Below, in pieces: positions 25,290 through 34,881 of a stretch of DNA of 42,652 nt. Positions within the stretch are counted from its first letter, which is position 1; each line of letters opens with the position of its first letter. The notes under the pieces were generated by a model. The model had not been told where the DNA came from. It saw only the letters and a list, made by a program, of their open reading frames with translations, and did no database searches. Made by a program: the position numbers and the translations under genes. The DNA comes from an uncultured Chitinophagaceae bacterium (lineage in GTDB: Bacteria; Bacteroidota; Bacteroidia; Chitinophagales; Chitinophagaceae), in NCBI GenBank assembly GCA_966252445.1, contig CBINPH010000001.1, positions 1-42,652 of the forward strand, written 5' to 3'.

Positions 25290-26414
25290 ATGAACCTCAA
25301 GGATCTTTACGGGAAAGCGCTGGACTTCGCCTTCCTCAGCCCCGAGGAGGGCTTGTATCTCTTCCGCGAGGCACCGCTGGCTGAGCTGATGGACATCGCC
25401 AACGAGCTCCGCAAAATCCAGGTGCCCCATGGCAAGGTCACCTGGCAGATCGACCGCAATGTCAACACGACGAACGTCTGCGTGGCCAACTGCAAATTCT
25501 GCAACTTCTACCGGATCCCCGGGCATCCCGAGGCCTACATCACCGGCATAGCGGAATACAAGAGGAAGATAGAAGAGACCATCCGCTACGGCGGAGACCA
25601 GCTGCTGCTGCAGGGCGGTCACCATCCCGGCCTGGGGCTGCAGTTCTATGTCGATACGTTCCGGGCCATCAAGGCCCTTTTCCCGGATATCCGCCTGCAT
25701 GCCCTGGGGCCGCCCGAGGTCGCGCACATCACCCAGCTGGAAGGCAGCACCCACGAGGCGGTGCTGAAGGCCCTGCGCGAGGCGGGGCTGGACAGCCTGC
25801 CCGGGGCGGGCGCCGAGATCCTCAACGACCGGGTGCGGCGCCTGGTGTCCAAAGGCAAATGCGGGGCCGGGGAGTGGCTGGAGGTGATGCGCACCGCGCA
25901 CCGCCTGGGCATCCCCAGCTCAGCGACGATGATGTTCGGCCATGTGGAGACGGAACTGGAGCGCTTTGAGCACCTGGCCTCCATCCGCGCCGTCCAGGCC
26001 GAAAAGCCCGAGGGCGCGGCCGGATTCACGGCCTTCATCCCCTGGACCTTCCAGGACGTGGATACCCTGCTGACCCGCATCCGCGGAGTGCATAACCTGG
26101 TCACCGACGAGGAATATATCCGCATGATCGCCATGAGCCGCATCATGCTGCCCAACGTGACCAACATCCAGGCGTCCTGGCTGACGGTGGGCAAGCAGGT
26201 GGCCCAGCTCTGCCTCCATGCCGGCGCCAACGATTTCGGGTCCATCATGATCGAGGAGAACGTGGTCAGTGCCGCCGGAGCCCCCCACCGCTTTACCTAT
26301 GCCACCATCCAGGACGCCATCCGGGAGGCCGGCTTCGAACCGCAGCTGCGCAACCAGCTGTATGAATTTCGGGAAATCCCGGAAAATATTGAAGAACAGG
26401 TAATCAACTATTGA
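25290..26414 (+). CDS. mqnC: Radical SAM enzyme of the CofH/MqnC/MqnE family, most like cyclic dehypoxanthinyl futalosine synthase (menaquinone via futalosine)
   Basis: 374 aa counted from MNLKDLYGKALD. The radical SAM cluster motif is NVCVANCKFCNFYR. LLLQGGHHPGL, HALGPPEV and GFTAFIPWTFQ resemble MqnC more than MqnE, judged from memory of those families. Confidence 0.6.
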   Translation: MNLKDLYGKALDFAFLSPEEGLYLFREAPLAELMDIANELRKIQVPHGKVTWQIDRNVNTTNVCVANCKFCNFYRIPGHPEAYITGIAEYKRKIEETIRYGGDQLLLQGGHHPGLGLQFYVDTFRAIKALFPDIRLHALGPPEVAHITQLEGSTHEAVLKALREAGLDSLPGAGAEILNDRVRRLVSKGKCGAGEWLEVMRTAHRLGIPSSATMMFGHVETELERFEHLASIRAVQAEKPEGAAGFTAFIPWTFQDVDTLLTRIRGVHNLVTDEEYIRMIAMSRIMLPNVTNIQASWLTVGKQVAQLCLHAGANDFGSIMIEENVVSAAGAPHRFTYATIQDAIREAGFEPQLRNQLYEFREIPENIEEQVINY

Positions 26415-26519
26415 AAATTTTAAAATTTGATTAGCCCGAATTTAGGGACTTTTGCAAGCCCATGCCTGCGGGACCGCAGCCCGGCCTGCCGGGCATGGTC
26501 ATCACCCAACAACATACTT

Positions 26520-29138
26520 ATGGAACAAAAATGGAGAATCGGGACGGTTATCATGTTGCTGTGCGTGCTCCTCGGCCTGCGCGCCGGAGCCCAGGACCAG
26601 GGTGCCGCCACGGATTATGATGCCCATGACCTCTGGGCCCCCCTGTTCTACCCCCACAACGGGAACCTCTACCGCAGCGCCGGCGGGCAGCCGGGACCGG
26701 AATACTGGCAGAACAGCGCCGACTACCGCATCCGCTGCACGCTCGACACGGCGGCCAAGCGCCTGAGCGGTACCGTGGAGATCCGCTACCACAACAACAG
26801 CCCCGACGACCTGCCTTTCCTCTGGCTGCAGATGGACCAGAACATCTACCGCGAAGACTCCCGCGCCGAGGCCACTTCCCCGGTGAGCGGCGGGCGCTTT
26901 GCCAACAAGACGTACACCCAGGGCTATGAGCTGCGTTCGGTGACCGTGGACCAGGGGGGCAAAAGCGTGAAGGCGGACTACAGCGTCAGCGACACCCGCA
27001 TGCAGATCCGTCTTCCCGAGCCGGTGAAGGCCCGCAAGGGAGAGATCAAAATCACCATCGACTATGCCTTCGACATTCCCCAGTACGGCACCGACCGCAT
27101 GGGCCGGACCGCCACCAAGAATGGCTGGATCTATGAAATCGCCCAGTGGTATCCCCGCATGGCCGTGTATGACGATGTGGAAGGCTGGAACAATCTGCCT
27201 TACCTGGGTGCGGGAGAGTTCTACCTGGACTATGGCGACGTGGACTACAGCGTGACCCTGCCTGCCGACATGATCGTGGTGGGCTCCGGGGAGCTGACCA
27301 ACCCCAACGATGTGCTGACGGCCACCGAGCGCAGCCGCCTGGCCAGGGCCAGGACCTCCGACTCCACGGTCTTTATCCGCACGGCGGAAGAAGTCGCCAA
27401 CGCCGCCGCCCGCGGCAGCGGCACCAAGACCTGGCGCTTTGTCTGCAAGCAGACCCGCGATGTGGCCTGGTCGGCCTCCAGGGCCTTCGTCTGGGATGCC
27501 GCCCGCATCAACCTCCCCGGCGGGAAGACCGCGCTCGCCCAGTCGGTCTATCCGGTGGAGAGCGTGGGCGACCAGGCATGGACCCGCTCCACGGAGTTCG
27601 TCAAGGCCTGCATAGAGCATTATTCCGAGAAATGGTACCCCTTCACCTATCCCACCGCCACCAACGTGGCCGGGGAGGTGCATGGCATGGAATACCCCGG
27701 CATCGTGTTCTGCAGCTACCAGAGCACGGGCGAGAGCCTCTGGGGCGTGACCATCCACGAGTTCGGCCACAACTGGTTCCCCATGATCGTGGGTTCCAAC
27801 GAGCGGAAGTACCCCTGGATGGATGAAGGCTTCAACACGTTCATCAACGACGAATGCACCGAAGGGTTCAACAACGGGGAGTTTGCCCAGCCGGTCAACC
27901 GGCACAACGACGCGGTGATGCTCTTCCGGGACGGGGCCGACGCCATCATGACCATCCCCGACGTAACCCGGCCCTATAACCTGGGCGCGGCGGCATATTC
28001 CAAGCCCGCCATGGGGCTGGCCCTGCTGCGCGACGTGATCCTCGGCAAGGACCGCTTCGACCTGGCCTTCCGCACCTATGCGCACCGCTGGGCCTTCAAG
28101 CATCCCACCCCCTGGGATTTCTTCCACACCATAGAAAATGTAGCCGGCGAAGACCTGGCCTGGTTCTGGAGAGCGTGGTTTTTTGAGAACTACCGCCTGG
28201 ACCAGGGCATCAAGGGCGTAAAATACGTGGACGGCCAGGCCGCCAAGGGCGCCCTGATCACCGTGGAAAACCTGGACCGCATGGCCCTGCCGGTGATCGT
28301 GGAAGTCAAGGAAGCCAACGGCAAGGACAGCACCTTCACCCTGCCCGTGGAGATCTGGCAGCGCGGCCCGGAATGGACCTTCCGTTATCCCTCGACCTCC
28401 CCGCTGCGCTCCGTCGTCCTGGATCCCGGCAACCTGCTGCCTGACATCAACGCCGCCAACAACAGCTGGCAGGAGGTGGAAAAGAAGCCGGTACCCGCCG
28501 GCGTGACCGCCACGCAGGTGGTGGAGAAATACCTCGCCGCCATCGGCGGCGCCGACCAGGTGAAGTCGGTCAAGGACATGAGCCTGAAGATGTCGGGCCA
28601 TGTGCAGGGTCAGCAGGTGATTTTCCTGCGCAACTACAAGCTGCCTGACAAATTTGAACAGGAGGTGCAGGTACAAAACCAGACGGTGAACAAGATCCTG
28701 CTGAACGGGGAGCAGGCGACCATGCAGCAAATGGGCCAGGACGTGCCCGTCGACGAGGACACCCGCCAGTCCCTCAAGGAAGAGATGCTGCTGTTCCCCG
28801 AAGTCCATTTCGGGGAGGCGGGATACCAGCTGGCCCTGGACAGCATCGTGACCGTCGACGGGAAGGACGCCTACGTGATGAAGGTGACCGACCCCCGGGG
28901 CAATGCCTCTACGGAATATTTCGACGTCAGCTCCGGCCTGAAGGTGAAAGAGATCGCCGAAAGGCCCGGTCCGCGGGGACCGATGAAGCACACCACGACC
29001 TATGGTGATTACCAGGCCGTGGGCGGCATCCGCTTCCCGCACACCATTACCTCCAACAACGAGAACGGCTCGGCCATCGAGCTAAAGGTCAGCGAGATGA
29101 AGGTCAACAGCGGACTGAGCGATGAGCTGTTCCGCTGA
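26520..29138 (+). CDS. M1-family (aminopeptidase N-like gluzincin) metallopeptidase with a C-terminal extension of about 230 aa
   Basis: 872 aa counted from MEQKWRIGTVIMLLCVLLGLRAGAQ (signal peptide). The GAMEN-like motif is HGMEYPG. The zinc site is HEFGHNWF-x-WMDEGF (HExxH-x18-E). The C-terminal beta-rich domain, starting about at EVEKKPVPAG, is absent from the downstream paralog. Confidence 0.88.
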   Translation: MEQKWRIGTVIMLLCVLLGLRAGAQDQGAATDYDAHDLWAPLFYPHNGNLYRSAGGQPGPEYWQNSADYRIRCTLDTAAKRLSGTVEIRYHNNSPDDLPFLWLQMDQNIYREDSRAEATSPVSGGRFANKTYTQGYELRSVTVDQGGKSVKADYSVSDTRMQIRLPEPVKARKGEIKITIDYAFDIPQYGTDRMGRTATKNGWIYEIAQWYPRMAVYDDVEGWNNLPYLGAGEFYLDYGDVDYSVTLPADMIVVGSGELTNPNDVLTATERSRLARARTSDSTVFIRTAEEVANAAARGSGTKTWRFVCKQTRDVAWSASRAFVWDAARINLPGGKTALAQSVYPVESVGDQAWTRSTEFVKACIEHYSEKWYPFTYPTATNVAGEVHGMEYPGIVFCSYQSTGESLWGVTIHEFGHNWFPMIVGSNERKYPWMDEGFNTFINDECTEGFNNGEFAQPVNRHNDAVMLFRDGADAIMTIPDVTRPYNLGAAAYSKPAMGLALLRDVILGKDRFDLAFRTYAHRWAFKHPTPWDFFHTIENVAGEDLAWFWRAWFFENYRLDQGIKGVKYVDGQAAKGALITVENLDRMALPVIVEVKEANGKDSTFTLPVEIWQRGPEWTFRYPSTSPLRSVVLDPGNLLPDINAANNSWQEVEKKPVPAGVTATQVVEKYLAAIGGADQVKSVKDMSLKMSGHVQGQQVIFLRNYKLPDKFEQEVQVQNQTVNKILLNGEQATMQQMGQDVPVDEDTRQSLKEEMLLFPEVHFGEAGYQLALDSIVTVDGKDAYVMKVTDPRGNASTEYFDVSSGLKVKEIAERPGPRGPMKHTTTYGDYQAVGGIRFPHTITSNNENGSAIELKVSEMKVNSGLSDELFR

Positions 29139-31116
29139 GCAGACACGACGCCTCACGCGCTTCCTGCCCTGGTGGCTGGCTGCCCTGGCCTGGGGGCTGC
29201 CCCTGCAGCTGTCCGCCCAGGCCTACAGCCCCCGGCAGGCCTTCGCACCCCTTTTCTACCCCGATAACGGCCAGGCTTTCCGCTCCGCCGCGGGGACGCC
29301 GGGTCCGGCCTACTGGCAAAACCGGGCGGACTATGCCCTGGACCTGCGCTTCGACACGGCGGCGAAGCGGCTCAGCGGCACGGTGCGCATCACCTACACC
29401 AATTACAGCCCCGATACCCTGAAGGTCCTCTGGCTGCAGCTGGTGCCGAACCTGGACCGCCGCGGCTCGCGGGCGTCGGCGGTGAACCCCGGCATCGGCG
29501 CCGGGGACTCCGGCATGTCCATTGCCGCTGTGCAGCTGCGCCAGCGGGGGCGCCTGCGCGATGCCGCCTACCGGATAGCGGACACCCGCATGCAAATAAC
29601 CCTGCCGGAGGAGCTCGCCCCCCGCGGCGGCCGCCTGGAGCTGAGCATACGCTACGCCTATACCCTTCCCCCCTCCGGCGGCGGCGGCCGTTCGGGCTAC
29701 CTTGATACCCGGGGCGGGCGCATCTACGAGGTCTCCTATGCGTATCCCCGCCTCTGTGTGTACGACGATCTGCGGGGATGGAATACCCTGCCTTTCCTCG
29801 GCGGCGGGGAGTTTTACCTGGACTACGGCGACATCGACTACCGCATCACGCTGCCCGCCGGCATGATCGTCGCAGGCTCCGGGGAGCTGCAGAACCCCGG
29901 CGATGTGCTGACGCCGCTGGAGCAGCGCCGCCTGGCGGCGGCCCGTGCCTCGGACAGCACCCTGCTGATCCGCGACCCCGCCGCCGGTGAAGCCGCCACC
30001 CGCGCGGCGCCCGGCGGATGGCTGACCTGGCATTTCCGGATGGAGCACACCCGGGACGTGGCCTGGGTGGCTTCTGCAGCCTACGTGTGGGACGCCGCCG
30101 GCGTAGCGCTGCCGGGCGGGCGGCGCTGCCTGGCCATGTCGGTATACCCGGCAGAAAGCCGGGGCGACAGCGCCTGGGGCCGGGCTACCGAGTACCTGTC
30201 CGCCACCCTGCGCATGTTTTCCCGGCACTGGTTCGTATATCCGTACCCGGTAGCGGTCAACGCCGCGGGCCCGGTTGGGGGCATGGAGTACCCCGGCATC
30301 GTCTTCGACCACTGGAGGGCCCGGGGAAAGAGCCTGTTCATGCTGACGGCCCATGAGTTCGGCCACAACTGGTTCCCCATGATCGTGGGCAGCGACGAGC
30401 GCCGCTTCCCCTGGATGGACGAGGGTTTTAATACCTTCATCGATATCCGGGCCCACGAGGAGTTTCATGGCGGCGAGTATGCGCCCAAAAGGGACGGGGA
30501 ATATGCCCCGGGCGGCGGCAACCCCGCCGACGAGATGGCCGCGCTGATGAAAAGGCCCGGTCTCCCTCCCCTGATGACCACCGCCGATGCGATGGCCGAC
30601 GCCGACGTACACCCCCTGGCCTATTTCAAGGCAGCCTTCGGCCTGGTGCTGCTGCGCGAGGTCATCCTGGGCCCCGCGCGCTTTGATACGGCGTTCCGGC
30701 AGTACATTCAGGCCTGGGCGTTCCGCCACCCCTCGCCCCGGGATTTCTTCCGGGCCATGGACAACGGCGCCGGGGAAGATCTCTCCTGGTTCTGGAGGGG
30801 CTGGTTCTTCCAGAACTGGACCCTGGACCAGGCGGTGACGGCCGTGCGGTATGCCGGCGGGAACCCCGCCGGGGGAGCGCTGGTGAGCATCCGCAACCTG
30901 GGCGCCCTGCCCATGCCCGTGCTGGTGAAGATCACCGAAGAGGGCGGAAACGAGCAGCGCCTCCGCCTTCCCGTGGAGATATGGCAGCGGGGCGACCGCT
31001 GGACCTTCCGCGTGAACAGCCACCGCCGCATCCTCCGCGTGGAGCTGGACCCGGAGCGGCAGCTGCCGGACACGGACCGCAGCAACAACGTGTGGACAGC
31101 CGGGGATGGCCAATAA
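29122..31116 (+). CDS. M1-family metallopeptidase, paralog of the upstream gene
   Basis: 664 aa with a signal-like N-terminus, FLPWWLAALAWGLPLQLSAQA. It carries GGMEYPG and HEFGHNWFPMIVGSDERRFPWMDEGFNTF. It overlaps the upstream gene by 17 nt in another frame. Confidence 0.88.
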   Translation: MSCSAEQTRRLTRFLPWWLAALAWGLPLQLSAQAYSPRQAFAPLFYPDNGQAFRSAAGTPGPAYWQNRADYALDLRFDTAAKRLSGTVRITYTNYSPDTLKVLWLQLVPNLDRRGSRASAVNPGIGAGDSGMSIAAVQLRQRGRLRDAAYRIADTRMQITLPEELAPRGGRLELSIRYAYTLPPSGGGGRSGYLDTRGGRIYEVSYAYPRLCVYDDLRGWNTLPFLGGGEFYLDYGDIDYRITLPAGMIVAGSGELQNPGDVLTPLEQRRLAAARASDSTLLIRDPAAGEAATRAAPGGWLTWHFRMEHTRDVAWVASAAYVWDAAGVALPGGRRCLAMSVYPAESRGDSAWGRATEYLSATLRMFSRHWFVYPYPVAVNAAGPVGGMEYPGIVFDHWRARGKSLFMLTAHEFGHNWFPMIVGSDERRFPWMDEGFNTFIDIRAHEEFHGGEYAPKRDGEYAPGGGNPADEMAALMKRPGLPPLMTTADAMADADVHPLAYFKAAFGLVLLREVILGPARFDTAFRQYIQAWAFRHPSPRDFFRAMDNGAGEDLSWFWRGWFFQNWTLDQAVTAVRYAGGNPAGGALVSIRNLGALPMPVLVKITEEGGNEQRLRLPVEIWQRGDRWTFRVNSHRRILRVELDPERQLPDTDRSNNVWTAGDGQ

Positions 31117-31155
31117 AGAAGGGGCCGTGCCCTGTTTCGCGTTATCTTTGTTCCC

Positions 31156-31932
31156 ATGTTGAAAACCACGCTACTCCGCGCGACGCAAGAGGCCGGCGCC
31201 GTTCTGCAGGCTTATTTCGAGAAAACCTACGCCATCCGCAGCAAGCTCACCATCAATGACCTGGTCACCGAGGTGGACCAGCGTTCCGAGGACCTGATCA
31301 TCGGCATCATCCGGGAGGCTTTCCCGGATCATGATATCCTCAGCGAGGAATCCGGCGCCCTGCGCCAGGATTCGGCCTATCGCTGGATCATCGACCCCAT
31401 AGACGGCACGGTCAACTATGCCCACGGCCTCCCCATCTGCTGTGTGTCTATCGGCGTGGAGCACGAAGGCACCATGGTCATGGGTGCGGTGTACAATCCC
31501 TTTCTCCACGAGTTCTTCTTCGCGGAGAAAGGCCTGGGGGCGACCCTCAACGACCGGCCTATCCGGGTCAGTGAAAACGGCCACCTGGACAGCGCTTTCC
31601 TGGTGACCGGCTTTCCTTACCAGTGGGAGGACATGCCCCGCGATCCCCTGCAGGTTTTTGACCGGTTCATCAAACAGGGGCTGCCCGTGCGCCGCCTGGG
31701 CTCGGCGGCGATAGACCTGTGCTGGGTGGCCTGCGGCCGCTTCGACGGGTTCTGGGAACACAGCCTCAACGCCTGGGACGCCGCGGCGGGCTACCTCATC
31801 GTGGAAGAAGCCGGCGGCCGGGTGACCGATTTCGGGGGAGCGCCCTATTCTCCGTACCAGAAACGCCTGCTGGCCAGCAACGGCCTGATCCACGAGCCTC
31901 TCCTGGAAGCGATCCGGCAGGCCGGCAGCTGA
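31156..31932 (+). CDS. Inositol monophosphatase family protein (SuhB/IMPase-like)
   Basis: 258 aa. Matching segments include ILSEESG, WIIDPIDGTVNYAHG and GSAAIDLCWVACGRFDGFWE. Confidence 0.9.
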   Translation: MLKTTLLRATQEAGAVLQAYFEKTYAIRSKLTINDLVTEVDQRSEDLIIGIIREAFPDHDILSEESGALRQDSAYRWIIDPIDGTVNYAHGLPICCVSIGVEHEGTMVMGAVYNPFLHEFFFAEKGLGATLNDRPIRVSENGHLDSAFLVTGFPYQWEDMPRDPLQVFDRFIKQGLPVRRLGSAAIDLCWVACGRFDGFWEHSLNAWDAAAGYLIVEEAGGRVTDFGGAPYSPYQKRLLASNGLIHEPLLEAIRQAGS

Positions 31933-31956
31933 GCGCTTCAACCTTAAGCAAGCACC

Positions 31957-33000
31957 ATGGACAACACAAGAACAGAGATCAGCACGCTGGGCGAATTCGG
32001 CCTGATCGAATACCTCACCCGCCATATCGAACTCCAGAACGCCAGCACCCTGGTCGGCGTGGGGGACGATGCGGCCGTAATCGACCATTTCGGGCGCCAG
32101 ACCCTGGTCAGCACGGACCTGCTCGTGGAAGGCGTGCATTTTGACCTGGGCTATACCCCCCTCAAGCACCTCGGCTACAAGTCGGTGGTGGTCAACCTCT
32201 CCGATATCTATGCGATGAACGGGGAGCCTACCCAGTTCCTGCTCTCCCTGGCCATATCCAGCCGTTTCTCGGTGGAGGCCCTGAGCGAGTACTACGAGGG
32301 AGTTTACCTGGCCTGCACCAGGTATGGCGTGGACCTGGTCGGCGGGGACACCACCAGCTCCACCCGCGGCCTGATCATCAGCGGCACCGCCATCGGCGAG
32401 GCGGCGCCCGACAGCTATGTCCGCCGCAGCACCGCCGCCAAGGGCGATCTGCTCTGTGTCAGCGGGGACCTGGGCGCCGCCTACCTGGGCCTGCAGCTGC
32501 TGGAACGGGAAAAGAAGATATATCTGGAGTCCCCCGGGGTGCAGCCCGACCTGGAGAACAAGACCTACATACTCCAGCGCCTGCTGCGGCCCGAGGCCCG
32601 CAGGGACATCATCGCTTTCTTCGGGGAACAGGGCCTGGTGCCCAGCGCGATGATGGACGTGAGCGACGGGCTCAGCTCCGAGATCCTGCATATCTGCAAG
32701 CAGAGCGCCCTGGGCTGTGTGCTGTACGAAGAGAAGATACCCATACACGACGAGGCGCGGGAGATGGCCCTGCGCTTCGGCCTGGACCCCACCACCTGCG
32801 CCCTGCATGGGGGCGAGGACTATGAGCTGCTGTTCACCATCCGCCAGGAGGATTATGAGAAGGTCTCCGCCTCCGCGGCGATCAGCGTGATCGGCTACAT
32901 GACCGGCCCCGAAGAGGGGGCCCACCTGATCTCCAAAGGGGGACGTAAGCATCCCCTCAGCGCCCAGGGCTGGACAGCCTTTGGCCAAAGCGACGCCTGA
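31957..33000 (+). CDS. thiL: Thiamine-monophosphate kinase
   Basis: 347 aa. Matching segments include ISTLGEFGLIEYL, VGVGDDAAVI, HFDLGYTPLKHLGYKSVVVNLSDIYAMNG and LVGGDTTSS, with an AIR-synthase-related C-terminal half. Confidence 0.9.
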   Translation: MDNTRTEISTLGEFGLIEYLTRHIELQNASTLVGVGDDAAVIDHFGRQTLVSTDLLVEGVHFDLGYTPLKHLGYKSVVVNLSDIYAMNGEPTQFLLSLAISSRFSVEALSEYYEGVYLACTRYGVDLVGGDTTSSTRGLIISGTAIGEAAPDSYVRRSTAAKGDLLCVSGDLGAAYLGLQLLEREKKIYLESPGVQPDLENKTYILQRLLRPEARRDIIAFFGEQGLVPSAMMDVSDGLSSEILHICKQSALGCVLYEEKIPIHDEAREMALRFGLDPTTCALHGGEDYELLFTIRQEDYEKVSASAAISVIGYMTGPEEGAHLISKGGRKHPLSAQGWTAFGQSDA

Positions 33001-33007
33001 GGCCCGC

Positions 33008-34117
33008 TCAGGGCAGGTCTTCCGCTGCGGGCAGCCGCTGCACCAGGAACATATAAGCCTGCTGCGAATGATGTTCCCAGATCTTGTCCGGGTTCGGGGG
33101 GAAATGGGCGTAGTAGGCGCTGTCTGCGTAGAGCACGACGCTGCGGCCCGTGCGGACATAGTGGCTGGTATGGGCAAAGGGCGGGGCCTCAAAATACGGC
33201 CATGACCTGCGCAGGCGTCGACGGAATTTTTTCCCCAGAAACTTTTCATAGCGGCGCTGGGCCCGCAGGGGCGGACGGCGCAGCTGACCATAGATATGCC
33301 CCATCACCCATCCGGTGGGAAAGCCCTGTTTGCGGATGATGGACCCCGCGTCCCGGAAGGGGTTGACCTCGCTCATGTCGTTCACGGTCTGGATGGAGAA
33401 AGGCACCTCGGGCACCCAGTCGGCGGTGCTGACCACGTTGTAGGCCCAGTCCCCGGTGAGGTGCTCGTAGCTGTAGGCAAAGGGCAGGTTGCCGGGCTTG
33501 GGGGCTGCGCTGCTGCAGGTTTTCAGGCGGATGTCGCCCGGCAGGGCCCCGCTGGCGATGAGGCTGCGGAGGTAAGCCGTCAGCAGGTAGGTGATGGCGC
33601 CGCCCTGGCTGTGCCCCGCGATGATAAATTCCCGTATGCCCTGCCGGTAGCAGGAGTCCAGGCGGGGCAGGATGTCCCGCGACAGGTAGGCGGTGGAGAT
33701 CAGGTACCCGGTGTGCACGGCGGCGGCTGGGTCGTCGGACAGGGCGTAGGGAAAGCGGAAGTCCTTGTCCAGGCGCAGGGTGCCCCTGGCGGGGAGCATG
33801 GCGGCATAGAAGTTGGCCATGAAGCTGGTCTGCGTCGGTATGGTACCCCGGATGCTGATGACGGCCACCGAATCTGCCGATATCCAGAGCTGCCACAGGT
33901 TGTCCATGCCGATTTCCGGGGACTGGTATACCATGCGGAAGCGCTGCGGCGCCGGGAAGCTGGCCATGGCGGGCAGGGTGGTGGTCCGGGCGCCGATGCG
34001 CAGCATCTCCATGAACTCAGCCTTGTCGAAGCCCGGACGCAGGTGCTGCGCATGCCCCGGCAGGACCGTCAGCAGGACCAGGGCGCATAGCAGCGGGTAC
34101 ATAAGCCTTTTCATCAT
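33008..34117 (-). CDS. Secreted class-3 (alpha/beta hydrolase) lipase family protein
   Basis: The nucleophile elbow is IIAGHSQGGAITYL. The signal peptide is MMKRLMYPLLCALVLLTVLPGHAQ. The track ORF extends to 34156, but the internal Met pair at 34117/34114 gives a canonical signal peptide. Confidence 0.8.
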   Translation of the reverse strand: MMKRLMYPLLCALVLLTVLPGHAQHLRPGFDKAEFMEMLRIGARTTTLPAMASFPAPQRFRMVYQSPEIGMDNLWQLWISADSVAVISIRGTIPTQTSFMANFYAAMLPARGTLRLDKDFRFPYALSDDPAAAVHTGYLISTAYLSRDILPRLDSCYRQGIREFIIAGHSQGGAITYLLTAYLRSLIASGALPGDIRLKTCSSAAPKPGNLPFAYSYEHLTGDWAYNVVSTADWVPEVPFSIQTVNDMSEVNPFRDAGSIIRKQGFPTGWVMGHIYGQLRRPPLRAQRRYEKFLGKKFRRRLRRSWPYFEAPPFAHTSHYVRTGRSVVLYADSAYYAHFPPNPDKIWEHHSQQAYMFLVQRLPAAEDLP

Positions 34118-34208
34118 GCGGATATAGGGCGGGCCTGGCCGCCGGGTGATCAACAAATATACATCTTGCTTGCCTGGACCTGCCCGTGGCGGCTGTCGAA
34201 AAGGGTTT

Positions 34209-34673
34209 TTAGAAAAAACGCCACAGGGGACGGCTCACGACGGGAGAAAACGACCAGGGGATGGAGATGAAGATGACCAGCAGGGCGGCCAGGAACCAGC
34301 GCGTCATGGTCCTGAATTTCTCCCGGTCATCCAGGGCCTTACGCGCCCTCCCGGAACCTATGCTGATCAGGATGACGGCTATCAGCATCATCGTGATGTG
34401 TTCCATGCCAAAGAAGCGGATGCTTCGCTCGTGCACGGCACTGCGGAAATGCCCCAGGAAATAGCGGGTGATGGGGCTGAACCCGTACAAGGCCAGGCCC
34501 ACGAGCATCTGCAGCTGGGCCAGCCCGCTGCCCATGCGCCGCGCCCGGTCATCGATGCGGGTGAAGGGGCGCTTTCCCCGCCATCCGCGCAGGCCACGGG
34601 CGATGGCCCACAACAAGGCCGCCAGCACCAGCCACCGGAGCAGGGAATGTAACGTCAGCAGGAGGGTATACAT
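34209..34673 (-). CDS. Conserved 4-TM membrane protein, of the type often annotated cytochrome b-like in Bacteroidota
   Basis: 154 aa counted from MYTLLLTLHSLLRWLVLAALLWAIA, the internal start of track ORF 34209..34979. It has four hydrophobic helices and conserved His residues (THSLLRW, FGMEHITMML). The ATG at 34673-34671 was verified in the sequence. Confidence 0.6.
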   Translation of the reverse strand: MYTLLLTLHSLLRWLVLAALLWAIARGLRGWRGKRPFTRIDDRARRMGSGLAQLQMLVGLALYGFSPITRYFLGHFRSAVHERSIRFFGMEHITMMLIAVILISIGSGRARKALDDREKFRTMTRWFLAALLVIFISIPWSFSPVVSRPLWRFF

Positions 34674-34847
34674 GCTTAAAGGTTTACAGGTCCGGGTGGC
34701 ACGACGGCCGTTCGCAGAAAACCTGATCCGGACAGGGGGTTTTCCGGTTTTGTCCGAGGCGCATACAGACAGCTGCCTTTCACGGGAGGCTGCCGCCCAT
34801 ACCCCGGAACAGGGGGTCCCACACCGGGCGTCCTCCGCCCGCGTATC

Positions 34848-34870
34848 CCCGCCGCCGGGCAGGCGGCGGG
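34848..34870 (-). terminator. 9-bp GC hairpin (CCCGCCGCC-gggca-GGCGGCGGG) 11 nt after the stop of the ThuA-fusion gene
   Basis: The arms 34848-34856 and 34862-34870 are exact reverse complements. There is no U-tract. Confidence 0.45.
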
Positions 34871-34881
34871 ACCGGAACATC

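Noticed and set aside
29122-29138. Programmed frameshift, or a single fused M1 polyprotein, across the 17-nt overlap of the two peptidase genes.
   Set aside because: The downstream ORF has its own ATG and its own signal-peptide-like N-terminus. The upstream ORF ends with a complete extra domain. I saw no slippery heptamer in the overlap.
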